A stretch of 64,000 nt of DNA. It comes from Octopus vulgaris (taxonomy: Eukaryota). Below the pieces are notes generated by a model. It had not been told where the DNA came from, made no database searches, and saw only the letters and a program-made list of their open reading frames with translations. Shown here one piece after another: positions 1 to 16,261 of the stretch. The stretch lies in the NCBI GenBank assembly GCA_951406725.2, contig OX597816.1, forward strand, positions 56,916,001 to 56,980,000. The letters are read 5' to 3'. The position numbers were made by a program, and so were the translations under genes. Position 1 is the first letter of the stretch; every line of letters begins with the position of its first letter.

Positions 1-314
1 GAAGGACCTTAGTGTTTATGTTAAGGAGAAAATTCCGCCCATCATCTTCTCCATAACATGACATCTAAACTTAAGAAACAGACAGGAATATAACGCAATT
101 TATTGCTCAGTGCACAACGAAGGTGACACGGAAATATCAAATAACCAGGATCTGTAGTAGAAATTAAGGAACTATTCCAAACAACATTGTCTTTTATCGT
201 TCCTGTATTTGCAGTGATTGACTTAACTCAATTCCATATCGCATGAAAGGACGTCGAGTTTGGATGAGACAGGAATTTGGAAAGAATAGTTTCAATATCA
301 GAAACTTCAGAAGA

Positions 315-525
315 CGGCCAGCAGGCAAGAGCGTTAAAACGCCGGGAGAAATGCTTAGTGGTATTTCGTCTGTCTTTTCGTCCTAAGTTCAAATTCTGCC
401 GATGTCGACTTTGCCTTTTATCCTTTCATGGTCGATAAAATAAGTACCAGTTGCATACTGAGATCGATCTAATCGACTGGCTCCCCTCCCCGAAATTTTG
501 GGCCTTGTGTCTAGAGTAGAAAAGA
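315..525 (+). mobile_element. tRNA-derived SINE, family A (Meta-domain-like core), tail type 2
   Basis: B-box-like AAGTTCAAATTC followed by the core GTCGACTTTGCCTTTTATCCTTTC..GGTCGATAAAATAAGTACCAG, which recurs more than 12 times in the window. Confidence 0.8.
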
Positions 526-588
526 AAAGAATATCAGAAACTCCAGTCGTCGAAATATTAACCTCTTTCCTAAATATGTAAAGCAAAA

Positions 589-622
<34 letters not shown>

Positions 623-751
623 GCTCGCTCCTTCTCTCTCTCGTTCTCTCTTGCCCTCTCCTCTCCCCTACACACACAAAGCTCTATATGGATATATATA
701 ACACGTATATATATTTATATGAATGTATATACACACGCACATATATATATA

Positions 752-843
752 TACATTTCCTTCTTTCCTGAGCGTCCAATAATGCTATATTTGTTCCACG
801 TCCTCGCGTTGTGTTTTTTTGTGCTTTTCTTGTTTGGATTAAC
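752..843 (+). mobile_element. Fragment of PLE pseudo-LTR family H1 (no ribozyme part)
   Basis: CTGAGCGTCCAATAA..TTGTTCCACGTCCTCGCGTTG..TTGGATTAAC is the reverse complement of 10611-10700, 23681-23780 and 35174-35260; flanked by TA-rich repeats. Confidence 0.7.
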
Positions 844-1009
844 TTTATACGTATACATATATATATACACACACAACAGTATGTATACATATGTGTGTAT
901 ATGTATAAATGTATGTATATCTCTGTGTAGGTGTGTGTGCGTACGTGCATGTGAGTGCGATTGTATGAATATAAATGTGTGTATGTGTATGTATATATAT
1001 ATATATATA

Positions 1010-2690
<1,681 letters not shown>

Positions 2691-3249
2691 GCACGTGTCT
2701 GGCTGTGTGTATGTGAGTTATTTGTTATGATTTTTTTTTTACACCATCGAAAGTTATAAGTGCAAGTTGCATATTGTGATCACTTTGGGAGTGGAACTTT
2801 TTTTTTGATAACACTAACTGGCTTATATAACATTGACCAGAGGATTTAACCTAAGTGTGTTTGAATGTTTAAGTTTTTGATAAAAATATTCATTTGATGC
2901 AATTCTCCGTGATTTTAATAAGCGGCTTCTATTGTATATGTCATGGCGCCAACAACTGCTGTCGCTTCTACATAAGCCATGTTTTATATCAACAAATGCC
3001 AAAAGTTTATGTTTCTTTTTCTTTTACATTTTTTTTTTATTTTGCTCCCATGATAGGAATCACGGTTTATTTCTGTGATGTTGTCTTCTTTCGTTTGTAT
3101 TTCTTCGTTCTATGTTTTTGAACGAAGGTTATCAATATGGCAGCACTGCCTGCTTCGTCTGTCTAGTTTGGTTGTTTTGCGTAGCCATTGGCAGATACAA
3201 CCGATGCACGTGGAATTGTATGTAGGTATGTAGGGCTACATCTCTGTCT

Positions 3250-3920
3250 ATGTATGTATGTTTGTATGTATGTATGTATGTATGTATGTATGTATGTATG
3301 TATGTATGTATGTATGTATGTATGTATGTCTGTCTGTATGTATGTATGTCTGTATGTATGTATGTATGTCTGTCTGTATGTATGTATGTATGTATGTATG
3401 TATGTATGTCTGTCTGTCTGTCTGTATGTATGTCTGTCTGTCTGTATGTATGTTTGTATGTATGTATGTAGGTATGTATTATGTATGTATGTATGTTTGT
3501 ATGTATGTATGTATGTATGTGTGTATGTATGAATGTATGTATGTATTTATTTATGTATGTTTGTATGTATGTATGTATGTATTTATTTATGTATGTATGT
3601 ATGTATGTATGTATTATGTATGTATGTATGTATGTCTGTATGTATATATGTTTGTATGTATGTATTATGTATGTATTATGTATGTATGTATGTATGTATA
3701 TATTATGTATGTATGTATGTATGTATGTCTGTCTGTCTGTATGTCTGTATGTATGTATGTTTGTATGTATGTAAGTTTGTATGTATGTATGTTTGTATTA
3801 TGTATGTATGTATGTATGTATGTATGTATGTATGTTATGTATGTATGTATGTATGTATGTTTGTATGTCTGTCTGTCTGTCTGTATGTATGTATGTATGT
3901 AAGTTTGTATGTATGTATGT
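3250..3920. repeat. Long (TATG)n/(TCTG)n microsatellite
   Basis: About 670 bp of interrupted tetranucleotide repeat. Confidence 0.97.
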
Positions 3921-4269
3921 ACTTAGGTATTTTACGTGTAATTGCACATGTTTGTTTCTAAAAGAAGTTGTTAACTTTGAAACGAATCCATGTAGAATAT
4001 CAATATCCTGACGTAGTAGCTACAGTTATTTTTGTTGTTTAACCCCAGGTAAGCCCCAATCGCGCAAATCTTTAACAGATATTCATATCGTAACCATCAA
4101 ATCATTTCAGGCATATTACTTATCGTCTACTTCACTTTCTTTCAGTGTGAATCTTCATCTTTGACGCAAGTTAATTAGCTTGCCTGTTTATTTTTCAAAT
4201 TCGAAATATTGTGAAGGCATTCGTAGATACATATAACCGACAGAATGCCGGGGTTTTTTTTTTTTTTGT

Positions 4270-4710
4270 TCTGTTTTTTAAGCTTCAGCTCAGAGCTGCA
4301 GCCATGCTGATGCACCGCCGTTTTGCGTTACACTGTTATTACTAGGCGCCTCCTTGATGAAGAATGGAGTTTGATATAGCTACCCTCATTTGCACCTCTT
4401 GCCGTGAGGTAGGCTCATCTGGGATTCTCGACAGGAAGAGGTCCAGCTTTGATTAAAAAAACCCTACATCTACTTTGTGCAAGTTCCTCAGACTCTTGGT
4501 AGAATATTAAAAAGCTGTGAGCCCTTGAAACCCAGGCTGTTGCAGTAACTGGTCCTGAAGCATGATGGCATTACTGGGATATCTGGCACTATGCAGTGTC
4601 GTCCCGTTCTGGCATTGGTGTAGCTTTCAATGCCAAAATTTCGCACAATTCCTTCCAGGATCTTCTAGATATACATTACTGCATACCTCTCCCGTCTTCT
4701 CTCCGGGTTT
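4270..4710 (-). mobile_element. CR1-group LINE 3' fragment (decayed)
   Basis: Minus strand reads ERRRERYAVMYI*KILEGIVRNFGIESYTNARTGRHC..CNSLGF.., then FKSKLDLFLSRIPDEP, typical of a CR1/L2-group ORF2 C-terminus. Confidence 0.7.
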
Positions 4711-5019
4711 ATATACATACAGACACATACATTTATGTATTTATGTATACTAGTCTGTGGGATGGGGGGACTCTCCCGACGAAGACGACGTATGACAAAT
4801 CAGTGGAACTCGAACCGCAAAGGGCAATCGACAACACACACACATTACTATCACTGCCGAACGAACTACACTATGAGTTTGCTTCAAGTTGTATTTCCTT
4901 GTGCTGGACAAAATCCACTCCCTCCATCTAGGAAGCATAACCTGGACTGGTGCACAATGTGCCACCTGTCAGTGGAAGATCACGTCGCAGATCAAATAGA
5001 AATGGTATGGCTTCACCTG

Positions 5020-5205
5020 CCATTCGTCTGCCGCTACGTTCTGAGTTCAAATTCCGCCGAGGTCGACTTTGCCTTTCATCCTTTCGGGGGTCGATTAAAT
5101 AAGTACCAGTTACGCACTGGGGTCGATATAATCGACTTAATCCGTTTGTCTGTCCTCGTTTGTCCTCTCTGTGTTTAGCCCCTTGTGGGTAGTGAAGAAA
5201 TAGGT
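5020..5205 (+). mobile_element. SINE family A, 5'-truncated, tail type 1
   Basis: GAGTTCAAATTCCGCCGAGGTCGACTTTGCC core plus tail TTTAGCCCCTTGTGGGTAGTGAAGAAATAGG. Confidence 0.85.
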
Positions 5206-5249
5206 ATGGCTTCAACTACCAATGGGCTGAAAGACACACACACACATAC

Positions 5250-5308
<59 letters not shown>

Positions 5309-5351
5309 TATAATATACATACATATAGACAGACAGATATATGTATGTGTG

Positions 5352-5405
<54 letters not shown>

Positions 5406-7183
5406 AACTTATATTTGTAACAATGATTATAGAATAATATTGTCTGTATGGCAGTCGTTGATGCTTGTTCCGCTGGCAACTTACGTAATTCCATTGTATC
5501 ATTAATAGAGAATTTAATTCCGTCTGGCGCCAACATGAGAGACAATTTAGAAAATATTTATTCCACATTTTCATTTGAACAATGACCATTTTGATTGCGA
5601 TAACTTTATAATCTTTTTAAAGTCTAAAATAGAATTCATAAACAGACCCTATCTTATCTTCGTAAGCCTTTTACTAAATAAACACAAGATCAAAAGTGCA
5701 GTCTTGGATATATTTATATAGAATGGCCTGTGAAAATATGCCCAGGGACGCCTTCTGCATGGGGAATAAAGATGGTGTCAATATAATTCATGGAGAGAGC
5801 AAAAGAATGAATTAATGACACAAAATTACTCCCGTAATTGTTAATGTTAAAAATATTAACAGTTATGATTGATTTTGGTCAAGTAAGTCAAAGAGAGAAC
5901 TGTCGAGTGCAAATTAATTTAAAAAATAAATTGCGGAAGCGACATGTTGAGTCTGCCTTTTAGTGTTTACAGCGATAACTCTCGGTATGTTTCAGTCGTG
6001 TTAGTCCTCTTCTATAAAATATAACCTTTCAGTCATTGCCAGAGCAGGAAATGCGTGTTTTACTAAAAGCAATCTCATAAGTATATTTATAGTATCATTG
6101 TTGTCTAACTCCAGGTCAACTCTAATTGAGTAGATTTAAGATCAAATGCGTTCCTGCCGTGACCATCCCATCATTTTCCAGATATCATTTAGTACTTCGT
6201 ATTTCAGTGTATCTTTTCTTTAAGCCGGGTGGATAAAGGAAAATTTGCGGTTATTATTAAGCAACACCTGGTCAAGTCCGGGTCAAGTATGAAAGAAATG
6301 TCAATATCAGAACAGATAGATTTAAGTAACCTCCTTCAATGGAGGGCGAGGATCAACAAAGACAATAATTTTGTAGAAATAGCTGTGAGAGATCCTTCAA
6401 AACTCACATTATCAACTGTCTGAAAAAAAAAGCATGGTGATTATGGGTAGAATGGTTTTGATCATTGAATAGTGTGATCAGAGTTGGCAAGTGTCTAAAT
6501 GACCGGAACATACGGCCTTGGTTTCACAACAATACACTTACCTGATCACTGAGCCAGCAGTTATAAACAAAGCTATGTGTTGGTGATGGTCACTTTACTA
6601 TTTACGGTTGAATACTCACCGATGCTCTCTGAGAATCAGAATCCATTACCAGATTGAAGTTGGACTGAAGACAAGACAAGACAAAAGATGGGATGAGGAA
6701 TCAGTGGCTGACATCCTGCTAAAATTGGATTAGGATCTTTTGAAGTTGTTACCATATGCAGAGGTCGTTTCTCTGCTGCCTCTGTCAGAATGCATTGTCT
6801 ATGCGTCTATGTATATAGATACATGCTATTTTGATAGCTCTCGGCCGTCGAGACACTTTTGTCACTTTTTGCCAATTAAACACACACACACACACACACA
6901 TACACATACACACAAACACACACACATGTGTATATCATTTAATATACACAGTATAAAGATAGGAGCTACTAATAGTTTCTTAATTTGGAGACATGGTTTT
7001 AGGCAGGTTTTTCACGACGCCTTATGTCTCCAAGCAATCTTCAGGCTTGGAGATACAAAGCATATTTATCTCTCACTGACTGCATATTTTCTTCATCTTA
7101 CTTTAACGGAACAGTAAACTATATATATCGGAGATGTACTCGCATAGCAAGTGATTTGATCTGAGATCGTGTGCTGAAACGAA

Positions 7184-7364
7184 AACAATTGCAGCGTAGA
7201 AGGTGTTTGTAAGCCATTTAAGAAACACACAAGAGCCGTTCGATTCACTTCAACATTTAAAGCGATGAAAATATTTTGACAAATTAAACTTAAATGTTGA
7301 AGTGAATCGAACGGCTTTTGTGTGTTTCGTAAATGGCTTACAAACACCTTCCACGCTGCAATTG

Positions 7365-7366
<2 letters not shown>
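7184..7366. repeat. Palindromic dispersed repeat abutting (TA)n
   Basis: Arms 7184-7260 and 7290-7366 are about 77-bp inverted repeats; a non-palindromic relative lies at 35588-35730. Confidence 0.85.
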
Positions 7367-7424
<58 letters not shown>

Positions 7425-8092
7425 ATATATAGATATAAATGTATTATGCAAATATGTCGATTGGTGTGCGTGTCTTCGTATATCTATAAACAGAGTAAAA
7501 CAATAAATTATTTTAAATTTAAACGTCTATTCTAATGACGATAAATGGGGAGGGAGGGAATCGGACATGATGTGTGTGTGTGTGTGCGCCCGCGCGCCGC
7601 GCGTGTAATGAAAGTGCCTTTGTCAATACACAGTCAATGCAACAAGAAGATATAGAATCGTGATGGCCTACAACTCGAACGCCTATGTCGTTTGTGGACA
7701 CGTCCAGCTATGATTGCTGTCAGTTGTTACTTTCAAGCAGTGGGTTTTCAACCGAGGGCCCATGTGATCCTTGGGTGGTGGATACCATACAAGATTTTGT
7801 TGTTAGAATTTATGTGCAACAAACTGATTATACTTGTTTAATACTAGAACAGTGCAGATCGATGAAATTAGATAATCGATGGTGTTCCAACATTCATTTT
7901 CCCATGTATTTGTTTATCTGCGACTACATTGTCCGATCATATTCTGAAGAATCTAGATCAAGCTGTGAGAAATTCTTCCACCTGACATCCTTGTCCAACT
8001 TGTTAAAAGCTTGGAATGGATTTCGAATTATCCTCACCAAAACGTTTGTTTAACAGAACTATTCTACTTACAGGTTAGATTTAATAAGAATA

Positions 8093-8400
8093 CTAGCAGC
8101 TAAACCCGGCTTCACCCGGTCAGTTTGGATGATGTGGCTGTAAAACCTGCTCTGTGTAAGCATCACCCGTTCCTTCCTTATTCATCTATCACCCCTTCCT
8201 TTCTCATTCATAAACACAAGAGTGTTATTATAATAGATTATCTCGGTAACCATGGGATGTATTTAAAAAGATACAAAGCCCAGCATCACCACCGGATCAC
8301 TCTACACATCTGTGTAATATTTCGCGCAATTCCACCCAGCCGTTTGACCGTGAATCCCAAGACAAGAAAGAATCGCCTATATCAAATTTATATATATAAA
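8093..8400 (-). mobile_element. Non-autonomous Helitron-like element
   Basis: Minus strand ends ACCGGGTGAAGCCGGGT (hairpin)-TTAGCTG-CTAG followed by T; 5'-end-like TCTATTATAATAA near 8238 and TTTATATATATAAA near 8400. Confidence 0.6.
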
Positions 8401-9002
8401 TTAAAGAAATGTCTGTAAAAATCTTTTTTTTTTCTTAACCCTTTTTTTTTTCATCTTTTTTTGTCCTTAACCCTTTTTTCACGAGTTCCCTTAAAATTCT
8501 AAAAATATCCTATTCTCTGAATATTTAAAGTAATCCTGTCTAATCCAATTCTGTATCAGCGACTCTCTTGTGGCTAAGTGTTACTCGAACGTATTTCATA
8601 AGGAACGGAAAACCATCATCACCGTTGAGAACTCGAGATTCTTAAATCAATCTGCTGACCATTTTCACCTCTTCTTATATACTAATAACACATTTCTAGC
8701 ACTGATTTGCTCTGGTTTCTCTGTAGAATGACTATGCCTCTTTACATCTCAAAATCCCTTGTTTTCCGTTATTTATTTATTTATTTTTTTTTTTCTTTAT
8801 GACCAAACCAATTACAGTGACTTTTCCTCTTTCTTGCTTCTTTCTTCTTTCTCCTTCCTTTCATTTACTCACAGAATCATAAATCGTACGTTTTTTTTTA
8901 TTCACGTGCACACTCCCCTCTTATAATTATTTATATTCAACATAAAGCTGTTGTAGATATTTGTATCGTTACTCAGTGAATCCTGCCTCTTGCAAACTTT
9001 TC

Positions 9003-9695
9003 TTCATCATCATCATCATTGTTCGACCGTGGTCGAGGCAATGGAATTTACCATGCTACGCCAGACTTCAAGGTTCATCATAGCATTACGGAGGTCCTGT
9101 TGCTGAATGCCTGTATCCCTGGAGATTACATCAGAGTAGGAGAGTATGCGCCCTCTGGTGTTGCGAGTAGATAGCTTCCAGGGGAGAAGAGTAGAAATTG
9201 CCTAGTTTTCAGCTCTACAACAATGTCCAGCAAACTGGACTCTCCTACCTTTCACAAGAGATAACACAGGTGGTAGTTTCCCATATATTTGCATTTTGGT
9301 TGAATGACGCTTCCACGAGAGATTTTGAGCTCTCATAAGGAGGCGAGTGTAGGTTCCATCCAACCGCCTCTCAAGCTTCTTTGATAACGTCCAGGTTTCT
9401 GAGCCATATAGTAGAATTGGTTCGACTGTGGCTTTGAAGATTTCAAGTTTGAAGTCTCTACTTAGATTTGATGACGAGATCTTATGCATGTCATTACAGG
9501 CTGACCAGGCCATACCCTTTCTAGTTAGAAAACTTTTCCAGATGATGATATGTATGACCCAAGATATTTGTAATCAGAAACCATATTCAAGGTCGCATTG
9601 TTGAGAGTATGTATGATGCAATCACTGTTGGACAGGCACTTGTTTATATATTCAGTCTTGGCCCTATTGAGGCAAAGACCTACACAATTTGAGGC
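9003..9695 (-). mobile_element. RTE-group LINE, 5'-truncated 3' end
   Basis: ORF 9202-9513 FKATVEPILLYGSETWTLSKKLERRLDGTYTRLLMRAQ..FAGHC; upstream DYKYLGS motif; ends in a (GAT)n tail at about 9003-9020. Confidence 0.88.
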
Positions 9696-10143
9696 TTGTT
9701 CGAGAGATTAACTTTTCTTACTATCTTTTTTTCTAGCAATCTTTATTTATTTATCCTTTCGACATGGTTTCTCTCCATATTTCTTTGTATATTCTATTTT
9801 GTCTCATCTTCAGTTTCTCTCAACTTCATCTTCAGCAGTTTTCTTCTATGTCGAACTCTTTACGTATTAGCTTTAATACTGTATCACTTTTATTTGTACA
9901 CAATATTTAAATAACTTGTCAATCGTTAAATGATTTTAACGTTAAATATTACATTTCAGCTTCTCAGTAATTATAGCTCTCGTTTTAACTAAATATACAG
10001 TGCCAATATAAGACTATAATTTATAAAACATTTAGTTGCGCTGACGAGCAGTAACTGGAAACTCGGAAAAACAATAGCGTAAAGTTTGCGTTATAATTTG
10101 AGTCATGTATATGTTTACACACATTCACACACATATATATATA

Positions 10144-10180
<37 letters not shown>

Positions 10181-10224
10181 ATATATATTTACATATATAT
10201 ATATACCTATATATATACATATAC

Positions 10225-10255
<31 letters not shown>

Positions 10256-10502
10256 CATATATATGTATGTATGTATGTATATATATATATATATAGATAT
10301 CTATATATGTATGTATGTATGTATATATATATAGCAAGAATCTATTTGTAACTCTTATCTTAATAAAATGTACATTAACTGATATTTATTTCTCACTACA
10401 TAGAAGACATCTTTTTGCTGGTCCTACCTTAACGGAACAATATATTAATATGTATGTGTGCGTGTGCGTGTATATGTATGAATGAATGTATGTTTGTGTG
10501 TG

Positions 10503-10571
<69 letters not shown>

Positions 10572-10941
10572 GTGTTTATGTATATATATATATATGTATA
10601 TATGTATATAGTTAATCCAAACATGAAAGCACAAAAAAAAAAACACAACAACGCGAGGACGTGGAACAAATATAGTATTATTGGACGCTCAGAAAAGAAG
10701 GATATATATATGCATATATATATATATATACATAATCGCCATCATCTTTGCGTCCACTTTCCATGCTAGTGGAACATGTCACGGTCCGTGATAAAAAGGG
10801 CATCCAGCCGTAGAGAGCAAACTAAATGAGACGGGGTGAGCACCAAACTATGAAAACAGCAGCCTACAGTAACAAATGATTAGCAGCGCGACCACCCATT
10901 TTATTTGACCCGTTCCAGCGTAAGAAGCGAACGTAAAAGTC

Positions 10942-10976
<35 letters not shown>

Positions 10977-11100
10977 ATTTGCATATATATATATGTATGT
11001 GTTCCTGAATGCATCCTTGCAAATACAGACACGCACATATGTATATGCTGATAGACAGACAGACATACAGACGGGCCGACAGACAGACAGACAGACAGAC

Positions 11101-11173
<73 letters not shown>

Positions 11174-11174
11174 T

Positions 11175-11555
11175 GATAGATGCACACAGATAGAACAAAT
11201 TACAAGGTAGAGCTTTTCTTTTGAAGTTTAAAAAAAAAAAAATAGAGGAAGGGGGAGTTTCGATCAAAAGGGATCGTAAAAGGAGAGAAAGAGGACAAAA
11301 AAAAGGGGGTTAAAAAAAGGGAGAGGAAAAAAAAGATCAACAGACAGACAGAAATGTCAGATATGAAGTGTAAAGGGGGGACAGGTGAGTTTACCCGTGG
11401 AAAGAAAATACGGAAAAGACCACGGTAACCTGGTCAATGGTCACATTTTATAGCAAATAAGCAACTCTCTGTTTTCGATTTCTGGGTTCATAGGACTAAG
11501 CTCAAGGTGGCTTCGTCATTCATACGTGCCATTCTTGCTACATTCACCCATCTTT

Positions 11556-11557
<2 letters not shown>
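11175..11557 (-). mobile_element. Putative Tx1/L1-like LINE 3' end inside a (GATA)n array
   Basis: Minus strand [22 protein letters not shown] then a T-rich 3' UTR; (GATA)n on both sides; homologous to 24236-24375. Confidence 0.5.
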
Positions 11558-11623
<66 letters not shown>

Positions 11624-11681
11624 CAGACAGATAGATAGATAGACAGATAGATAGAAAGACAGATAGACAGTCAGACAGACA

Positions 11682-11763
<82 letters not shown>

Positions 11764-11801
11764 GATTAGGTAGCTAGTAGCTAGTTAGCTAGATAGATGG
11801 G

Positions 11802-11887
<86 letters not shown>
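11557..11887. repeat. (GATA)n/(GACA)n microsatellite
   Basis: Direct reading. Confidence 0.95.
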
Positions 11888-12199
11888 TGTATTCAGGTAT
11901 TATGTATTTCAAGTTCATTGAAATTACGAAAGCCAATTGATGTAACTTGAAGATCAAATAACATTTCATTTTACAAGAAATTTGACTCAGCTCTCATTAT
12001 TGTGTCCCTCCATCAGCAATCAAAACTTTGTAACATTTGATCCAGCTTTAATATAACAATAACACACACACACACATACACACACATACACCACACACAC
12101 ATATACACACCTCCCTACGTACATACATACATACAAAATCTGTAAAACTTTCCAGACGTTTATCATTTAAATATATATGAGTGTGTCTAGATATGTAGC

Positions 12200-12737
12200 T
12201 ATATGCATGAGAATACATACAAAATATACAAATCTGCACATACATACTTATATACATACATACATACATTACATACATACATACGTAATACATACATACA
12301 TACATAATACATACATACATACATACATGCATACATAATACATACATGCATACATACATACATGCTTGCATACATACATAATACATACATACATGCATAC
12401 ATACATACATATATACATACATACATACATAATACATACATACATACATAATACATACATACATACATACATACATACATGCATACATACATGCATAATG
12501 CATACATACATGCATACATATATACATACATGCATACATACATACATATACATACATATATACAGACATACATGCATACATACATACATACATGCATGCA
12601 TACATACATACATACATACATACATACATACATACATACATGCATGCATGCATACATACATACATACATACATACATACATACATACATACATACATACA
12701 TACATACATACATACATACATACTTACATACATACAT
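12200..12737. repeat. (CATA)n microsatellite
   Basis: Direct reading. Confidence 0.95.
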
Positions 12738-12754
12738 GGGTTTAAAATTCTAGT

Positions 12755-12930
12755 ACAAAGCCAGAAATTTCGGGGGATGATTGCATCAACCCAAGTGCAC
12801 AACTGGTACTATTTGATCGATCCCGGAAGTATAAAATGGCAAAGTCGACCTCGGCGAAATTTGAACTCAGAAGGTAAGAACGGACGAAATACCGCTAAGC
12901 ATTTGTCCGGAAGGCTAACGTTTCCACCAA
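12755..12930 (-). mobile_element. SINE family A, diverged copy
   Basis: GGCAAAGTCGACCTCGGCGAAATTTGAACTCAGAAG on the + strand. Confidence 0.75.
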
Positions 12931-12934
12931 CACT

Positions 12935-12969
<35 letters not shown>

Positions 12970-13207
12970 TGAGTGTAAATATGTACATACGTATATTCAT
13001 GTTAGTGTGTATGTGGATGTTTGCTTGTATGTATGTACGGACAGGTAGATATGTATGTATGTGTGCGTGTGTGGGTGTGTATGTGCAAGCGTATATGCAT
13101 GTGTATATACATGTGTGCCGTGTATCTGAATAATTATAAACAGAATAAAATTTATCGGAGTCGAGTGTGTCTCTGCCTCACTCTCCCTCCCTCTCTACAT
13201 GTATATA

Positions 13208-13243
<36 letters not shown>

Positions 13244-13699
13244 TGTATGTATGTATGTATGTATCTATGTATGTATGTATGTATATGCATGTATCTACAT
13301 AAATATGTACATAAATATGTACATAAATATATTATATATATATATTTATATATATATATATATATATATATAAACAAATACACATACATACATACATACA
13401 TTCATACATACATACATACATTCTTATATACATACATACATACATACATACATGCATGGATAAATAGGGTGTGCAAATTAATGAAAAGAAAACACGTTAA
13501 TTGAACTACAACCACAGCAACAACAACGACAACAGTAGCGGAATAATGGCGGCATTCTCGCTATCGAGGCCAATATTTTCAATCCATTACATCTTATGAT
13601 GATTAAATAGAGCATTTAGGGGAAAGAAAAGGATACTTCAGCCCATCTGTTGTTGGTGTGGTTCTATTGTAGTGAATGACGTGCGTGTGTGTGTGTGTA

Positions 13700-13763
<64 letters not shown>

Positions 13764-14882
13764 CGTGCGTTGTTGTTGTGTTATTCTGTTCGCTCTATAA
13801 ACATACGGTGTATTATAACGAAACAATTTGGAGATATCTAAGAACGTAGATGGTTATTAATTTAATATAAAGGTATGTCAGAGGTTGTATGTACACATGG
13901 ATTCATTGTAGGAACATTTGTATAAATATATTTGTGTGTATTGGGGTGTAGATATACATGTATATTTAAGTATATATGGTTCTGTATAACGTATTAAGAA
14001 TGAAATATGAGGGGAAAAAAGAAAGAACTTTATTTAAAAGGATTAAAGTAGAGCAGTGATGTCTTCAATAAAATGTTCGTGAGGAATGTGAATCTCTATA
14101 CACAGACACATGCGCGCGCACTCACACATGAATATATAAACACAAATGTATGTATGCGCGTATACATGTATAAGTATATATACATTCGCATACATATATA
14201 TGTATGTGTATGTGTGTGTGTGAGTGTGTATGTATATATATATATATATATATATAAGGCTAGTAGAGTAAGAGTTTGGAATAACCGTCTAAGGGATAAA
14301 AATATCCGTTATACTACCCGAATAATTACTTATTTTAACTCTGGACATACATATGCAAGAATATTATGCTCATAGATTACAGGTAATGACGAAGATAAAC
14401 ATGAGTTAGTCAGGAATCAAATTTAAAGTAAACAGAAAATAGAAAAATATCGATCAACAGCAATTGAGTAACAATGATTATTACTTTTTAATACAAAGAC
14501 TTTGTGCCACCTAACAGCCGTTTCTGCTTCCAATGTTCAACGGGATTGTCATTGAAAATTCAGAGAATAGTATTCGTCATATTTTATAACACATCAGATC
14601 TCGAACATGGAGCTTCGTCAGAGTGAAGAGAAATACATAAAAGAAAAGAAAAGCCTCGAGAAGAAGATTAAAGGTTAAATAATATTTAAATCTTACCATT
14701 TTGCAATGTGACACTTCAGGACGTTGAGTAAACGATTAAACTAGAAATATTAATTAATTGGTGGGTTAATCTTTCTTTAGTGCTAACAGAGTGTATTAAT
14801 AATAATATGTATATGTATTTATATATATATAATATATGGTATAATTAGCCATTTCTCAACAGACTGAAAAAACGCTGAACAA

Positions 14883-14923
14883 CCTTTATCGATTTTCAAA
14901 CCTTATTGGGGTCTCATCAGAGT
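14883..14923 (-). ncRNA. Hammerhead motif (family H2), partly decayed
   Basis: Minus strand ACT-CTGATGA-GACC-ccaataa-GGTTT-GAAAATCGATAAAGG; surrounding 14840-14965 is homologous to 29013-29140. Confidence 0.55.
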
Positions 14924-14986
14924 CGTCCACATCACTTTGACAATCACCAGAGAAACAAACAGCACATATATATATATATACATATG

Positions 14987-15062
<76 letters not shown>

Positions 15063-15427
15063 TACATATACATACATACATACATACATACATACATACA
15101 TACATACATACATACATACATACAGACGCACATACGCATATATAGCCACCACGCGGGGTTGAGCATAGATTTTCAAATCGACTCCAGGACTTATTCATTG
15201 TAAGCCTAGTACTTATTCTATAACCTAGTACTTATTCTATCGGTCTGTTTTGCCGAACGTAAAACACGCCAATATCGTTCGTCAAGCGATGGTGGGGAGA
15301 CACACACAGACACACAGACACACATACATACATACATACATACATACATACATACATACATACATACATACATACATACATACATACATACATACATACA
15401 CATACACACACGCACATATACATATAC

Positions 15428-15510
<83 letters not shown>

Positions 15511-15832
15511 TGAGTGGGCAAATTCAAAACAGTTTGATTCGGGTCCCGTGCCACTTCAAGTTTCGCAATCCCGTAGAGAGAGACAAAGACAGAGAGATAG
15601 GGACAAAGAGAGAGAGACAGACAGACAGACAGAGAGAAGGGAGAGGAGACTGGAATTACATGATTATGTATCTATAAACATGTATGTATGTATGTATATA
15701 ATAGAAATAATAAGTCAGCGTTTAAAATGTATGTATGCTGATGATCATGCAGGCGGTGGCGGTGGTGGTATGTGATAGCGTAGTTATCTGTTCATGCTTG
15801 TGTACCTCGTAATCTGCGACATGTAATGGTCC

Positions 15833-16261
15833 AGACGAAATACCTATTTCTTTACTACCCACAAGGGGCTAAACAGAAAGAGGACAAACGAGGACAGACA
15901 AACGGATTAAGTCGATTATATCGACCCTAGTGCGTAACTGGTACTTATTTAATCGACCCCGAAAGGATGAAAGGCAAAGTCGACCTCGGCGGAATTTGAA
16001 CTCAGAACGTAGCGGCAGACGAAATACCTATTTCTTTACTACCCGCAAGGGGCTAAACACAAAGAGGACAAACAAGGACAGACAAACGGATTAAGTCGAT
16101 TATATCGACCCCAGTGCGTAACTGGTACTTATTTAATCGATCCCGAAAGGATGAAAGGCAAAGTCGACCTCGGCGGAATTTGAAGTCAGAACGTAGCGGC
16201 AGACGAAATACTGCTAAGCATTTCGCCCTGCGTGCTTAACGTTTCTGCCAGCTCGCCGTCT
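15833..16261 (-). mobile_element. SINE family A tandem dimer
   Basis: Two near-identical ~187-bp body+tail units; only one has the full tRNA-like head (16200-16261). Confidence 0.88.

Noticed and set aside
10038-10070. CTGACGA-GCAG-taa-CTG-GAAACTCG possible hammerhead
   Set aside because: Helix II is incomplete and the cleavage site and helix I partner are missing
15833-16261. Direct repeats as a possible CRISPR array
   Set aside because: Eukaryotic context; the units are contiguous SINE copies with no unique spacers
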